A DNA stretch of 64,000 nucleotides from Octopus sinensis (Eukaryota), in the NCBI RefSeq assembly GCF_006345805.1, contig NC_043012.1:12276001-12340000 (forward strand), in the 5' to 3' direction. A program made the position numbers and the translations under genes. Positions 53,036-64,000 of the stretch are shown one piece after another; the stretch's first letter is position 1; each line of letters opens with the position of its first letter. Under the pieces are notes generated by a model. The model was not told the origin of the DNA. It did not search any database and saw nothing but the letters and a program-made list of their open reading frames with translations.

Positions 53036-54698
53036 TATTTATATCTATATGTGCATGTATATATGTATACGTATGTATGCATGAGCACACGCACACACAT
53101 ACACACACTTACTCTGTGCGTATATTTATTAACATATATGTATATGTCTACATATATATATTTGTGAATGTACATATGTGTGTACGTTTGTTTGTGTGTG
53201 TGTGTGTGAATGTGTATGCGTATATATATATATATATATATACAGACATACATATACACATGTGTGTGTGTGTGTGTGTGTGTGTCTGTGTGTGTGAGCG
53301 TGATTTTGTGTGTATGCATGTATATAGACCAAACCTAAGTCGGAGCATCCTGACATATTTTACCTACTTTGGTAATCTTACACAAGTTACTCAAATATTT
53401 TCTATGTGGATCAATTATTGACAACGCATATTTGGATTACGTCCAACTTCACCATTGAATTTCATACAACGGTATGAAATATATCGACATTAAGTGGGAG
53501 ACTAGAACATTTGGCTGTCAGATCATTTTTACAAAAGAAATGTCGGTTGGCGGGTGTTAAAATATTTTATGGCAACCAGCGCATTACATTCATCGTTCAA
53601 TGAACTCATAACCACATAAGGCCGTCGATATTTTGCTCTCGCTGGAGACTGCGGGGCACCGTTCTGCAGCAGATGTAATTCTTCATACGCTAAAATGCTA
53701 AGGCAACATGAAGTGAAATGCTTTACACAGGGACACAATGTGCCATGCGGTTCACAAATCGAATGTACGATGGAGGGCCTGGCAGGATAACACTTGGTAT
53801 AATTTAGAGGCGATTTGTTTGCTATTTCTAAATCGAACGCCGATATAGAAGATAACACATTGGTTCCTTTTAAATCCTCAATTTGAATTAACAATCTTGT
53901 GAAGTACATTTTACTACAGGGTCCCAACAAGCTAACATTAAGTTTAACTTAAAGGAGATTTAGTTGATAGGACGATTTCAGTAGAACAGGGCCCTTTAGT
54001 TCGTTTTGTAACTGTTAGATGCAGGTACCTTATAAGGCTCTTTTCCCTAATCAATGTCATTAGCCTGTTAAACCCATATGTCGTAAAGAGTAAGGTGGAA
54101 AAAATCCACCAAAGTATATTTACTCTAAATATAAGCGTTATATATTTTTAAGTTAGAGTCAACATTTTAGATGCATGAATGATTACGAAGTTAAGAAATT
54201 GATTACATTAAAATGAAGCGTGTGACTCCAAATTATTTCAATGAGCTTGTTAAACTTTTTTATATTCTCAACATACTCTTGTCACCAAAGAATGTATATT
54301 TATATGGATTGTGGTACTCTGTGTCAACCAATATTCTGTGCATGTTTGAATATACAGATACAATACCAATACCAATATCAATTCCTTCTGGAAACTGTCT
54401 TAAGCATGTCCTTGAGAACGATTATTTATGTAGTAATCTTTTGTGCCCAATATTTTAAGGAACTTGTTGAACTTTTTTATGTCCTTAACATGTCCCTGTT
54501 ACCGAAGACTGTATATATATAATGTAGCAATTTGTACCAACCAATAATTAACGCAACCAAACTTCTACATGTTACTTTTGACAATCTTTTCCCAAAGAGT
54601 GAAACCGGTAAAGTAAATAAACATCTTTTAAAATTGCATTTTCAAACCTTCTTTCATATATAGTTCCACTCGGGCGGTACCCCACAACTCCACTTTGT

Positions 54699-54730
<32 letters not shown>

Positions 54731-55059
54731 CACGCTGTGTGTGTATGTGTGAGCGTGTGTCTGTACATATATGTATACGTATATATATATATATACATAT
54801 ATACGTGGTTTTATACAGACATGCGTGGTGTGCACCTTCGTATGTTTATGTGTGTGTGTATGTGTGTGTTTATATATAGACTGATTCTTATAGCAACGTA
54901 GGAATTTATGCATACAATAACTAAACACACACAATGAGGGTGTGTGTATGTAGTAAGGTATAGGAATGAAGTCAATGAGTTTAATTTACCTACGTAAATA
55001 AATATATAATTAATTACCTTTACTCCATTAAGGTAATTAAATGCTTATTTACGTAAGTA

Positions 55060-55173
55060 GGCGTAGGAGTGGCTGTGTTGTAAGTAGCTTCCTTACGAAC
55101 TACATGGTTCCGAGTTCGTTCCCACTGCGTAGCACCTTAGGCGAGTGCTTTCTACTATAGCCTCGGGCAACCA
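55060..55173 (+). mobile_element. SINE family A 5' part
   Basis: GGCGTAGGAGTGGCTGTGTTGTAAGTAGCTT head, near-identical to the head at 35949. Confidence 0.8.
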
Positions 55174-56603
55174 TTACGTTACCATTGCATATTTTTTCCA
55201 ATAAAAACTTTTCCATTTTTATTTAGAAATATGGACTAAGAAGGAAGCTTGAATTCGCCTGTGTAGCACTGTTTCCATATATTGTATATCTATTTTATTC
55301 GGTTTCATTCCACGTAAATTTTTCAAAACTGGTTCCTTGCGCTTCTTGAAAGAATCAATATTAATAGCAGTTGATAGTGTTCTTTTGTTCTGCTTCATAT
55401 TTAGCTCCGAGTCAAATCTGATTGAAGAAACCCATGATAAATTTTTCACAGTTTGTTATAACAACGGCGTGGCAAGAATTATATTTTTGAATGGTCCTTG
55501 TCCTTATAAAAGGGATAAGATACCCTATTTTTCCAAAACTCATGTTTCACCGACATGTTTCCAATATTCAAATTTCAATAAATTTCCATTGAAATTTTCG
55601 TGGTTATCTTTATTGGTACATTGTTGATCAGAATTGATTAATGTAATATTTTTTCAACATTTAAAGGTGTAAAAGCATTAACGAAACTTCTTGGTTCACT
55701 ATATTAAATATTCTTGCATCCTTATAGTAGGAAGGGAAGGAAAATCATATGACCTGTTAATTTTTCACGTCTACTGTAACTGGTTGGAAAACGAAAGGAA
55801 ATTATCCACATACAGGACACTTGGACCGAATAATTGCAATTGTGTGAATGCAGTTGAAAGCTCTCAATCTTCAGGTAGTAGTGTTCAATTAGACAGTGAA
55901 TTATGTCTAACAGCCAAAGTCTCAGAGCTCAAAAATCGGGATCAAATATCCTACGATATCTCATCCGAAATTTTAACAATTTCTTCAGTCTACTACCCTG
56001 GGTTATTCCATTCCTTTATGCCCGAGGAACATATGCTGTAAATTATTTTCTCCTACGCCCAAACCCAATTCTCAATTTACTACCTAACTATCAGTTGAGT
56101 GTAAACAATTCACTTGATAAATTCCTCAACATATAAAAGTAGTTCAACTTAAAAACAATTGCAGCTTGGGAAAGGAAACAGATCATCTGTGTCAGTTGCA
56201 TGTGGAACACTTGCCATCATTGTTGCTGTAATCCACCTTATGACAAGTGGCATTATATATTAATAAGCTGCTGATATCAAGGTCGGTAATGCTCTCGGTG
56301 CATTATTGATAGTTCAGTAGCCCTAGCAATCAACTCAGGTCAAAGCACTAAAAATAGGGTAAGGGGCAGCGAATTCCTATTTGTTTCATGCTGAACACGG
56401 TAGACATTGCTCCGCCTGAATTAAATTGTTTAATTGCATTAAGAATGATGCTGGTTGCTTGCAGACATGAAATGAACGCGTTTGCAAATGTGATTCATCC
56501 GATGTTGACCTGAGATACCTTGTTTACAGGAACTGAACTGTCAACTAGTTGCTTACATCATTACGTATGTGTGTGTATGTATGTACATATGTATGTGTGT
56601 AAG

Positions 56604-56638
<35 letters not shown>

Positions 56639-56649
56639 TATATATATAA

Positions 56650-57020
56650 AATTGAATAAGGGTAGAAATGAAATTGATATTAATCAATTAAAACCAGTGG
56701 CCTTGTTGAACTCTATGCATGCGGAACTCCGGTCAAACGTTATGTATCTAGTTCTGGAAATTATGTTTGTATACGACAGACTATGCTGATGAGCTTGCAG
56801 ATTTTCGCGTATGCACATACGTGAATATTAACAAGTGAAACTGATTGGTACATAGGTAATCGTTCGTATTTTGTATATTTTCATTTGTCTTGCTTATTTT
56901 TTACACTTTAGTTTTGTCCTGAGTTTTTTCTTGAGAACACATTCGTCGTGGAAAATAGCGATTTTGACGTCTATATCTACCATATTGACCGTCCACTTTT
57001 AGTGGTCAGTCCTTTAAATT
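56650..57020 (+). mobile_element. Short non-autonomous PLE/retrozyme-like element in (TA)n
   Basis: ~370-bp non-coding unit bounded on both sides by (TA)n, containing the hammerhead at 56781-56855. Confidence 0.55.
56781..56855 (+). ncRNA. Type I hammerhead ribozyme motif (Penelope/retrozyme-type)
   Basis: CTATG-CTGATGA-GCTTG...CAAGT-GAAA-CTGATTG-GTA-CATAG: 5-bp stem I, stem II capped by an internal hairpin (TTCGCGTATG...CATACGTGAA) and GUA triplet. Confidence 0.8.
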
Positions 57021-57049
57021 ATATATATATATATATATATGTATGTTTG

Positions 57050-57102
<53 letters not shown>

Positions 57103-57299
57103 TTATATATATACAGGCACATAGACACACATATTTATATAAAGAAAAATTATAGTCGTCTACTAAATTTAAACCTGACTAAGGGTGTGAATAACACATA
57201 CATAGCTAGAAATAGGCCTCAACTGCTCCAATACTGTTACAAAGCACATGGCACATCTGATAGGGGCTGCTATTGCTCTGAACACCGAACCAAGAATTC

Positions 57300-58380
57300 C
57301 TTACACTGACCTGTCAGTTTCGGCTATTGCAGGTGTATTAGTTTGACGCTCGGACTCGCAATGGTCTTAAGTAATTGACTGAAACAGCTTTTATGAAATT
57401 TGTATATAATCAGGGGATGCTATGTACTTATAGAATTCTGGCAAATCGGCTGTTTCGCATCTAAGAGATGTGTTCATATTATTACAGAGCAATTAGGTAT
57501 AATTCTTTTAAATATAATTATTTAAAACTTCCCACAGAACTTTTCTATCTGCAAGTATTCAAATATTTGATTTATTCATGGTGGCTTCCAATTATAAAAC
57601 ATTCCTATGGCTTTGGATAAAATTTCAAAATTGTTGTTATTTTACTGTTGAATTTAGTTATTAAGCCATTGCTTTTCCTCTCTACTCGATATATAACTTA
57701 TATTTATTAAAAGCAAACTTGTAATTAATACCGGCACTTTGTGTTAACTCTCTTCTGATAACAATGTTTTTCAATCCGCCGTTGATCTCCTAATTTAGAG
57801 TTACTAATATCTCATCATAGATTTCGCATGTTGAATCTCAGTAATTATTTTGTCGATTTTCATACTATGTAGTTAGTGAGCTGACAACCTATTCCCTTTA
57901 CGCCCTATAGAGATATTTAAACGGTTGATTTTGCCTCTGCATTGTTTTTGCTTTTTCTAGATTCGTTATCTGTCTGGTGATAGCAATTGAATACAATCAC
58001 ATACTTTTAGTCTAAACCATATGTCATATGCATTCATATGGTATCCAGCCATATCGTCTGCAACTGTTAGCATAGGATTGGTCAGTTTTCCGTATTCTTG
58101 ACGAAAATAGCTCGTTATTTATTGATAGTGTAAAAATTTTAAATGGTTTTTAAGCTGTCTTCTTTGCTGAATCAATTTCATTTCGAGATAAATGAGATGC
58201 GGGTAATGATGATGATGGTGGTGGTCTGTGTATATTTTTATTTCTCTCTTTTATGATAGCTTTTGTTTGTCCCTGGATGAATTTAGAAAAGTGAGTCTTA
58301 GTAATGGTTTTTTTCATAAGACAAAAATTTCGTATTAGCTTTTTTTAAAGCACTTCATATAGCCAATAAGAATGTCACAG
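57300..58380 (-). mobile_element. Highly decayed LINE relic (endonuclease-RT linker region)
   Basis: The minus strand is purine/Lys-rich with an NYLRP...IAE fragment resembling NYRPISL..IAAK. No intact frame. Confidence 0.35.
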
Positions 58381-58418
58381 GAATTATCAAAATGCCAGAA
58401 TAGATCTTGATATAAAAG

Positions 58419-58965
58419 TGTTTTCGATCTAATTTGAATTCTTCGCCATCAAATTTGAATTCTTTGCAATCAAATTTGAATTTTTCAATTGGTTGCTTAA
58501 GCCTTGAAAAAGAAGAGAGTTAAACTACATCAGCCGTAAGGGAATACATGTCTATCTTATCTAACTAGTCTAGTAGAGCCCACCAATTGATATCTGAAAA
58601 GTTCGATGAAATAACTCATGAACACTGCGATAGCTTCTACCAAACGTTGCTCCCTTACGTCGACCGGTCTGAACAAGGGGAGATAATAAACGAAGGATTC
58701 TTTTTCTATTATCTCCGCTTGTTCAGACCGGTCGACGTAAGGGAAGAAGCTATCGCAGTGTTCATGAGTTATTTCATCGAACTTTTCAGATATCAATTGG
58801 TGGGCTCTACTGGACGAGTTAAATGAGATAGACATGTATTCCCTTACGGCTGATGTAGTTTAAGTCTCTTCTTTTTTTCAAGGCTTGAGCATCAATTGAA
58901 AAGTACAAATTTGATGGCAAAGAATTCAAAATTGATGGCAAAGAATCCCAACTAGATCGCAAACA
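58419..58965. repeat. Long near-perfect inverted repeat (fold-back/MITE-like), ~270-bp arms with ~18-nt loop
   Basis: 58419-58688 is the reverse complement of 58707-58965, including a ~67-bp perfect block. There is one 12-nt bulge, and ~21-bp subterminal tandem repeats (AATTTGAATTCTTYGCMATCA). Confidence 0.97.
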
Positions 58966-59462
58966 TCTATAAATTCAAAAATTTAATAAAATGAAAAGAA
59001 TATTTACAGACGTAGCTTGTAGATTTGGTTGTAATATTGGAGCTGATAGGATTGTTGGTATCGGTAATGTGGCGTCATTATCAATGTTAGTCACGAGTAA
59101 AAGTGTGAAGTCAGTGTGGTGAAAAATGCGTTATGCAATCCAGCAGGAACAGCACAAAGTAGGTGGTGGCTGTGATTTTCGTTTGATTGCGCTAAGGTGA
59201 ACAAAAATGGTTTCTCTTATATTTAACAGAAATAGATAAAATGTCAGTTAGTGATCTATGCGGAGGTAATTCGGATATGCATTTAAACGGTCCACTTCGT
59301 TCGCGCGCCTTTTGTCTATAACATCTGTATGCAGAAATGCGTGGCATTTTACATTTCTGATTATATATCCCTATACATAAGCACACACACACATCCACAC
59401 CCACACACACACACAAGCATATACTCATGCACATACACGTTAAGCGTGTTATTGAATTATAT

Positions 59463-59507
<45 letters not shown>

Positions 59508-60834
59508 AGTCTGTGGTGTGTGTGTAAATTGAAAGCAATTTCTCTTTCTTTAATATGGAAAAGAGTTCAATCTTTCCTACGTGAGAAAAATTTATTTTCT
59601 TGTAGCGCATCCTCCAAGTGTGCATCACTGTTGACATCTGATAATTTGATGTCATGGAAACACATTTAAGTATGGAAGATCCTCCTTACACACGTACACA
59701 CGTGCACGCACGAACGTTCAGACACACACACAAATATGCATACATAGAAACATAAGTGAGTATATACTATTATATATATATATATATATAATAGATGCAT
59801 TTATTTATAAATATATGCATATACATATTTATATATATGTGTATATATATATATGCATATATATATATATACATATATACATATATATATATATTATATA
59901 TATATATATTACATATATACATATATATATACATATATATATACATACATACATACATACATATATATGTATATATAATATATATATATATATTATATAT
60001 AATATATATATATAATATATATATGTGTGTGTGTGTGCGTGTGTGTGTGTGTGTATTAAACAATGACTGACAGAACATGCATAACCGTTGTAGTTTGCGC
60101 GTAGTTTACGCAAGATGAACATGCGAAGAAAAAAATTTAGAAAAAAATCATTACCACCATTAAGTCCACTTCGATTAAAAGAAGGCATACATATACGACA
60201 GCCTCTGTGATATGTCAAAGGAAGCTAAAATGACTCATAACTACCTTAAAGGAAAATCCATGTCATTCATTCATGTATTTATACATGAATCACGTTCTCC
60301 AGTATCGTTCACTTCACACACATATTCAGTTCACGTCTTTCATGCCAAAATATTCTGCTTCGAAAGTAACAGCATAGAATGTAAATACATCGCTTAAGAA
60401 ATCTTCCTTCTAAATATTATCTGTTAAAATGGTGTTGGCAATCGTGGTGTATATGCAGAATCGTTAAGCCTAGGACAAAAAAACGTACTTTGGAAGATTT
60501 CTTCCGGCGTTTAACATTCTGATTTCAATTTACGTCGATATCAAATTTTGGTTTGAGATTTCATCCCCCTGACATTGATAAATTTAATAAACAATCAGGT
60601 ACTGAGATGAGTACTCCTGAAGCGAAGTACCGATTGAGTATTGAACTAAAGTCCTTGTGATATTATTTTCCACTTGTTACATGCTCCTTTGAATTCTAAA
60701 ATATTTATCTTCGCCGTTATTCATGTTGTAGTCAATAACATAAAGAAGCGGTCAAGAACTAGACTGTATGGTATTGAATTACCCCTATCAAATCTACTTG
60801 CCTTGTGCCCGAAACAGAAGCTACTACTACTAAA

Positions 60835-60912
<78 letters not shown>

Positions 60913-60917
60913 ATTGA

Positions 60918-61100
60918 AGGCAGCGTGTTGGCACAGTCGTTAGCGGTATTTCGTCTGCCGGTACATTCTCTGTTTAAATTCTGCCGACGTCGGTTTTGCC
61001 TTTCATCCTTTCGGGGTCGATAAATTAAGTACCATTGAAACACTGGGATTGAAGTATTCGACTAGTCCCTTCCCTCAAAATTTTAGGCCTTGAGCCTATA
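60918..61100 (+). mobile_element. SINE family C copy with (ATT)n tail
   Basis: TTAGCGGTATTTCGTCTG...TTTGCCTTTCATCCTTTCGGGGTCGATAAATTAAGTACC. Confidence 0.8.
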
Positions 61101-61104
61101 TCAG

Positions 61105-61740
61105 AAAGGATTATTATTATCATTATTTTCCCTATAGTCTCCTGAGGTATTATCTCACGTTCGCAGATTAGAGTGACAACACTTTTCTTCACACATGCAC
61201 TGTTCCAGTTATTCCTGTCAAATGAGTACCTCGTATGAAGTTTGGTATTTGCAACTTTTGGTACATGAATAATGCATTCTTTGAGATGATCCCAAGTGTA
61301 CCGATCACAATAGATATCACACTTACTTCTCAGGATACATTTCCCTTCCAAAACTAGGTCTTGATATTTCCCAGAGTGATATCTTCTTATCTATGTAGAT
61401 TGGCATATTCCAAGTAGCTTCTCTGCTACGAGAAATGGTTGGTGCTCATACCACTTATTGGATCATTCTAGCCCATATTTCCTGCACAACACCAAGGGCT
61501 TTTGTACTCCTTTTGCGTCAGTTTTGAGCATCAACTAATTAATTAATTATAATTAATTAATTAATGTCTCAGATGACTGTTGACATAATCTACATAAATG
61601 TGATACTGCTGTCTTTCCAGTAATATATTTGATAGATTTTGTTCGTTAAATTTGTTCTTGAGCAGCAGGAATATGTCCTTCTGATACCTTTTTTGCATAA
61701 TAAAAAGAAAACGTTTTAATCATCCCCAGTATTCTTCAAC
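61105..61740 (-). mobile_element. Second R4/Dong-type retrotransposon family, 3' relic with (AAT)n end
   Basis: Minus-strand fragments GHIPAAQEQ...LCRLCQQSSET (knuckle) and KYQDLVLE...IGTLG-like. The 3' end runs into (ATT)n at 61090-61108. Confidence 0.65.
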
Positions 61741-63168
61741 AACTTCATCCAATGTTTCCTGGAGTACTAATTTCTTACTCCTGGGGGTCCCATCATTGCC
61801 ATTGATCATCTTCTCACCTAGGGAAGCCTGCAGCATATTTTCATCACTATTCTTCAGATCGGCATGCAAAACAAAACTGGCTCGACGATTGGACAGAACA
61901 ATTGGTCGGAACGGATCAAGATTGTATGCCTTTATTGGTCTTCCTTTTGTCTTCCTTTTTGTTATTTTACAATTTATACGCCTTTAAGTATCTCCACATC
62001 ATAGCACATCATATAATATTGTATTGCATCATCCTGTACATTGCATCATTCTTCTTGTAATCCTTTAATAGTTACTATACGCATCATCATCATCATCATC
62101 ATCATCATCAACATCATTACTAATTCGTTACTCTTATAGAGACCCTGAGAGCTTGTCATAGAATTGGAAAATTCAATTGTAACAAAATACTAAAAATAAG
62201 CAAAAAAAAAAAATAACAACAAAAGAGTTCCTCCGAATTTAATCGCAATTTCGGGTGGACAATCCAATCCTTTAAAAGAACTTAATTCCTTGCAACATTC
62301 GTCAGTATTGCATACCTCAAACGAATAAGAAAAAAAATATGTGAGCAGACGTAAATAAAACAGACGTGCATAATATTCATACTCTTCAAAATATATTCGA
62401 ATATATATATGCGCAATTTAGTCGATGGAGCTGCAAAACAACACAAAATAAACAGGAAATAACTATTTTTACTGGAAATACAAACATTAACTATAATAAT
62501 AGTAAAATTGAACTCTTAAAAAACAGTGGAAGTTTTCTTTATAACTTTCAAATACAAATGCCCATTGAAAGAAAAATCTAATTAAAAAGGAGTAAAGAGT
62601 GACAAAAAATTAAAAGATAAAAGTAAATTAAAAGAAACGCATAGCATCTGAGAAGAAATTTAACAAACACATCATCTAACTCTACTTGACTCCTTGAATG
62701 TTTTATATATACCTGGTGGCCTTTTCGAGGATTTCATTAATTATCTTTGCTGTCATTACCATGTCTGAAGAGAAGAAAGCTAAACAGTTTAATACCTCGC
62801 AGCTATTGAACTTGTACAACAAATACATGAGAAACTCGTAACTAAATCTAACCACCCAGTGCGACCTACATCTATAAACGCAATCACCTATAAAGCAACC
62901 ATACACAAACACACACACACACACATACACACACACACACACACATACACAACAACACACACACACACACACACATACAATGATATACTCACGTATAAAC
63001 GTACATGTTTACATCATTTTTTAAAGAATATATTAAAAAATGATGCATGCTCATATTAGAGCTCAAACTCCTACAATACCAACACATACACACGCACATA
63101 CACACACACATACACACAACCACAAACAAACACACACACACACACATATACATATATATGTATATATA

Positions 63169-63266
63169 CTTTATTTAAAGCAGCAGAAAATTCAACAAAA
63201 CCTGTTACTCTGAGTTTCACGTTCCCGTTCGTCGGACAGTTGAATTTTCTTCTGCTTTAAATAAAG
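63169..63266. repeat. 28-bp inverted repeat enclosing a hammerhead motif
   Basis: CTTTATTTAAAGCAGCAGAAAATTCAAC (63169-96) versus GTTGAATTTTCTTCTGCTTTAAATAAAG (63239-66), one mismatch. Confidence 0.92.
63202..63239 (-). ncRNA. Minimal type I hammerhead ribozyme motif (CCGACGA core variant)
   Basis: Minus strand reads CTGT-CCGACGA-ACG-GGAA-CGT-GAAA-CTCAGA-GTA-ACAG. All three stems are present and stem III is near-palindromic (ACTCAGAGT). Confidence 0.7.
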
Positions 63267-63582
63267 CATATTACTCTACCACTGGTATTTGAGTACTATT
63301 TTTTCCACCTTTTTTCACATTTATGTGTTTATTCCGGTATATATATATATATATACACACATATATGTAACCATGCATACACAGATACATATAGACACAC
63401 ACACTCATACACACTCACGTTAATGAAAATACTTAAGATTAAGCTAAAGAATAATTCAAAACTACTTTCATAAAGTACGTATTTGTGTTAGTTTTACCAG
63501 AAGACGGGCGACAGTCTTCTTTGATGATGAACAAGCCGAAACTACGAAATTACTGTCTCCTCTTCTTGTAAAGGTATAATAA

Positions 63583-63644
<62 letters not shown>

Positions 63645-63680
63645 ATATATATATATATATATATGTAATATATATATATA

Positions 63681-63719
<39 letters not shown>

Positions 63720-63758
63720 TATATATATATGTATTATATATATAATATATATATATAG

Positions 63759-63808
<50 letters not shown>

Positions 63809-63841
63809 TATATTATATATATATATATAATATATATATAT

Positions 63842-64000
63842 ATATATAAACGGCAGTTTGTCTGTGCGTTTTCTGTGTGTCTGTTTTCTCGTACCCTCAT
63901 TCTGACCACGGCTTTCAACCGATTCTGATGAAACTTGACACACACATAGCCCAATGTCATAATTCAAAACTAACGCAGCGAAAATTTTGAAAAGTTCCCC
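63842..64000 (+). mobile_element. Helitron-like 5' end running off the window
   Basis: TATATAAA...GTTTGTCTGTG...AACCGATTCTGATGAAACTTG layout typical of the 5' ends of non-autonomous invertebrate Helitrons. Confidence 0.4.

Noticed and set aside
55200-56150. Possible hAT transposase relic (NFNGNLL-like fragment on the minus strand)
   Set aside because: Too degenerate to support without a profile search.
58557-58835. Mirror-image ORFs on both strands (ISEKFDEITHEHCDSF...)
   Set aside because: A by-product of the palindrome; no recognisable protein family.
568-63967. Numerous ORFs rich in YI/IY, YVCM, HT, CV, LSIY or poly-Y/T/L runs
   Set aside because: They are translations of (TA)n, (TATG)n, (CA)n, (TATC)n and trinucleotide microsatellites, with no splice or homology support.

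Overview
AT-rich, microsatellite-saturated animal genomic DNA. The (TA)n/(CA)n/(TACA)n/(TATC)n load and the tRNA-headed SINE families point to an octopus or other coleoid cephalopod, which is an inference. The only host-gene coding sequence I can support is two internal + strand exons (32378-32681 and 46623-46741) of a vesicular glutamate transporter (VGLUT/SLC17A6-8/eat-4 family); I could not locate the other exons here. The rest is intronic or upstream DNA containing three SINE families, three mariner relics, non-autonomous Helitrons, R4/Dong-type and RTE-like LINE relics, and a Penelope relic. The most interesting signal is a set of minimal type I hammerhead ribozyme motifs with palindromic stem III. 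They sit in short Penelope/retrozyme-like elements embedded in (TA)n tracts, some in sense orientation inside the VGLUT intron. There are also several fold-back inverted repeats, including a ~550-bp near-perfect palindrome at 58419-58965. Almost all ORFs in the supplied track are microsatellite artefacts. Coordinates were read by eye and repeat boundaries are approximate.
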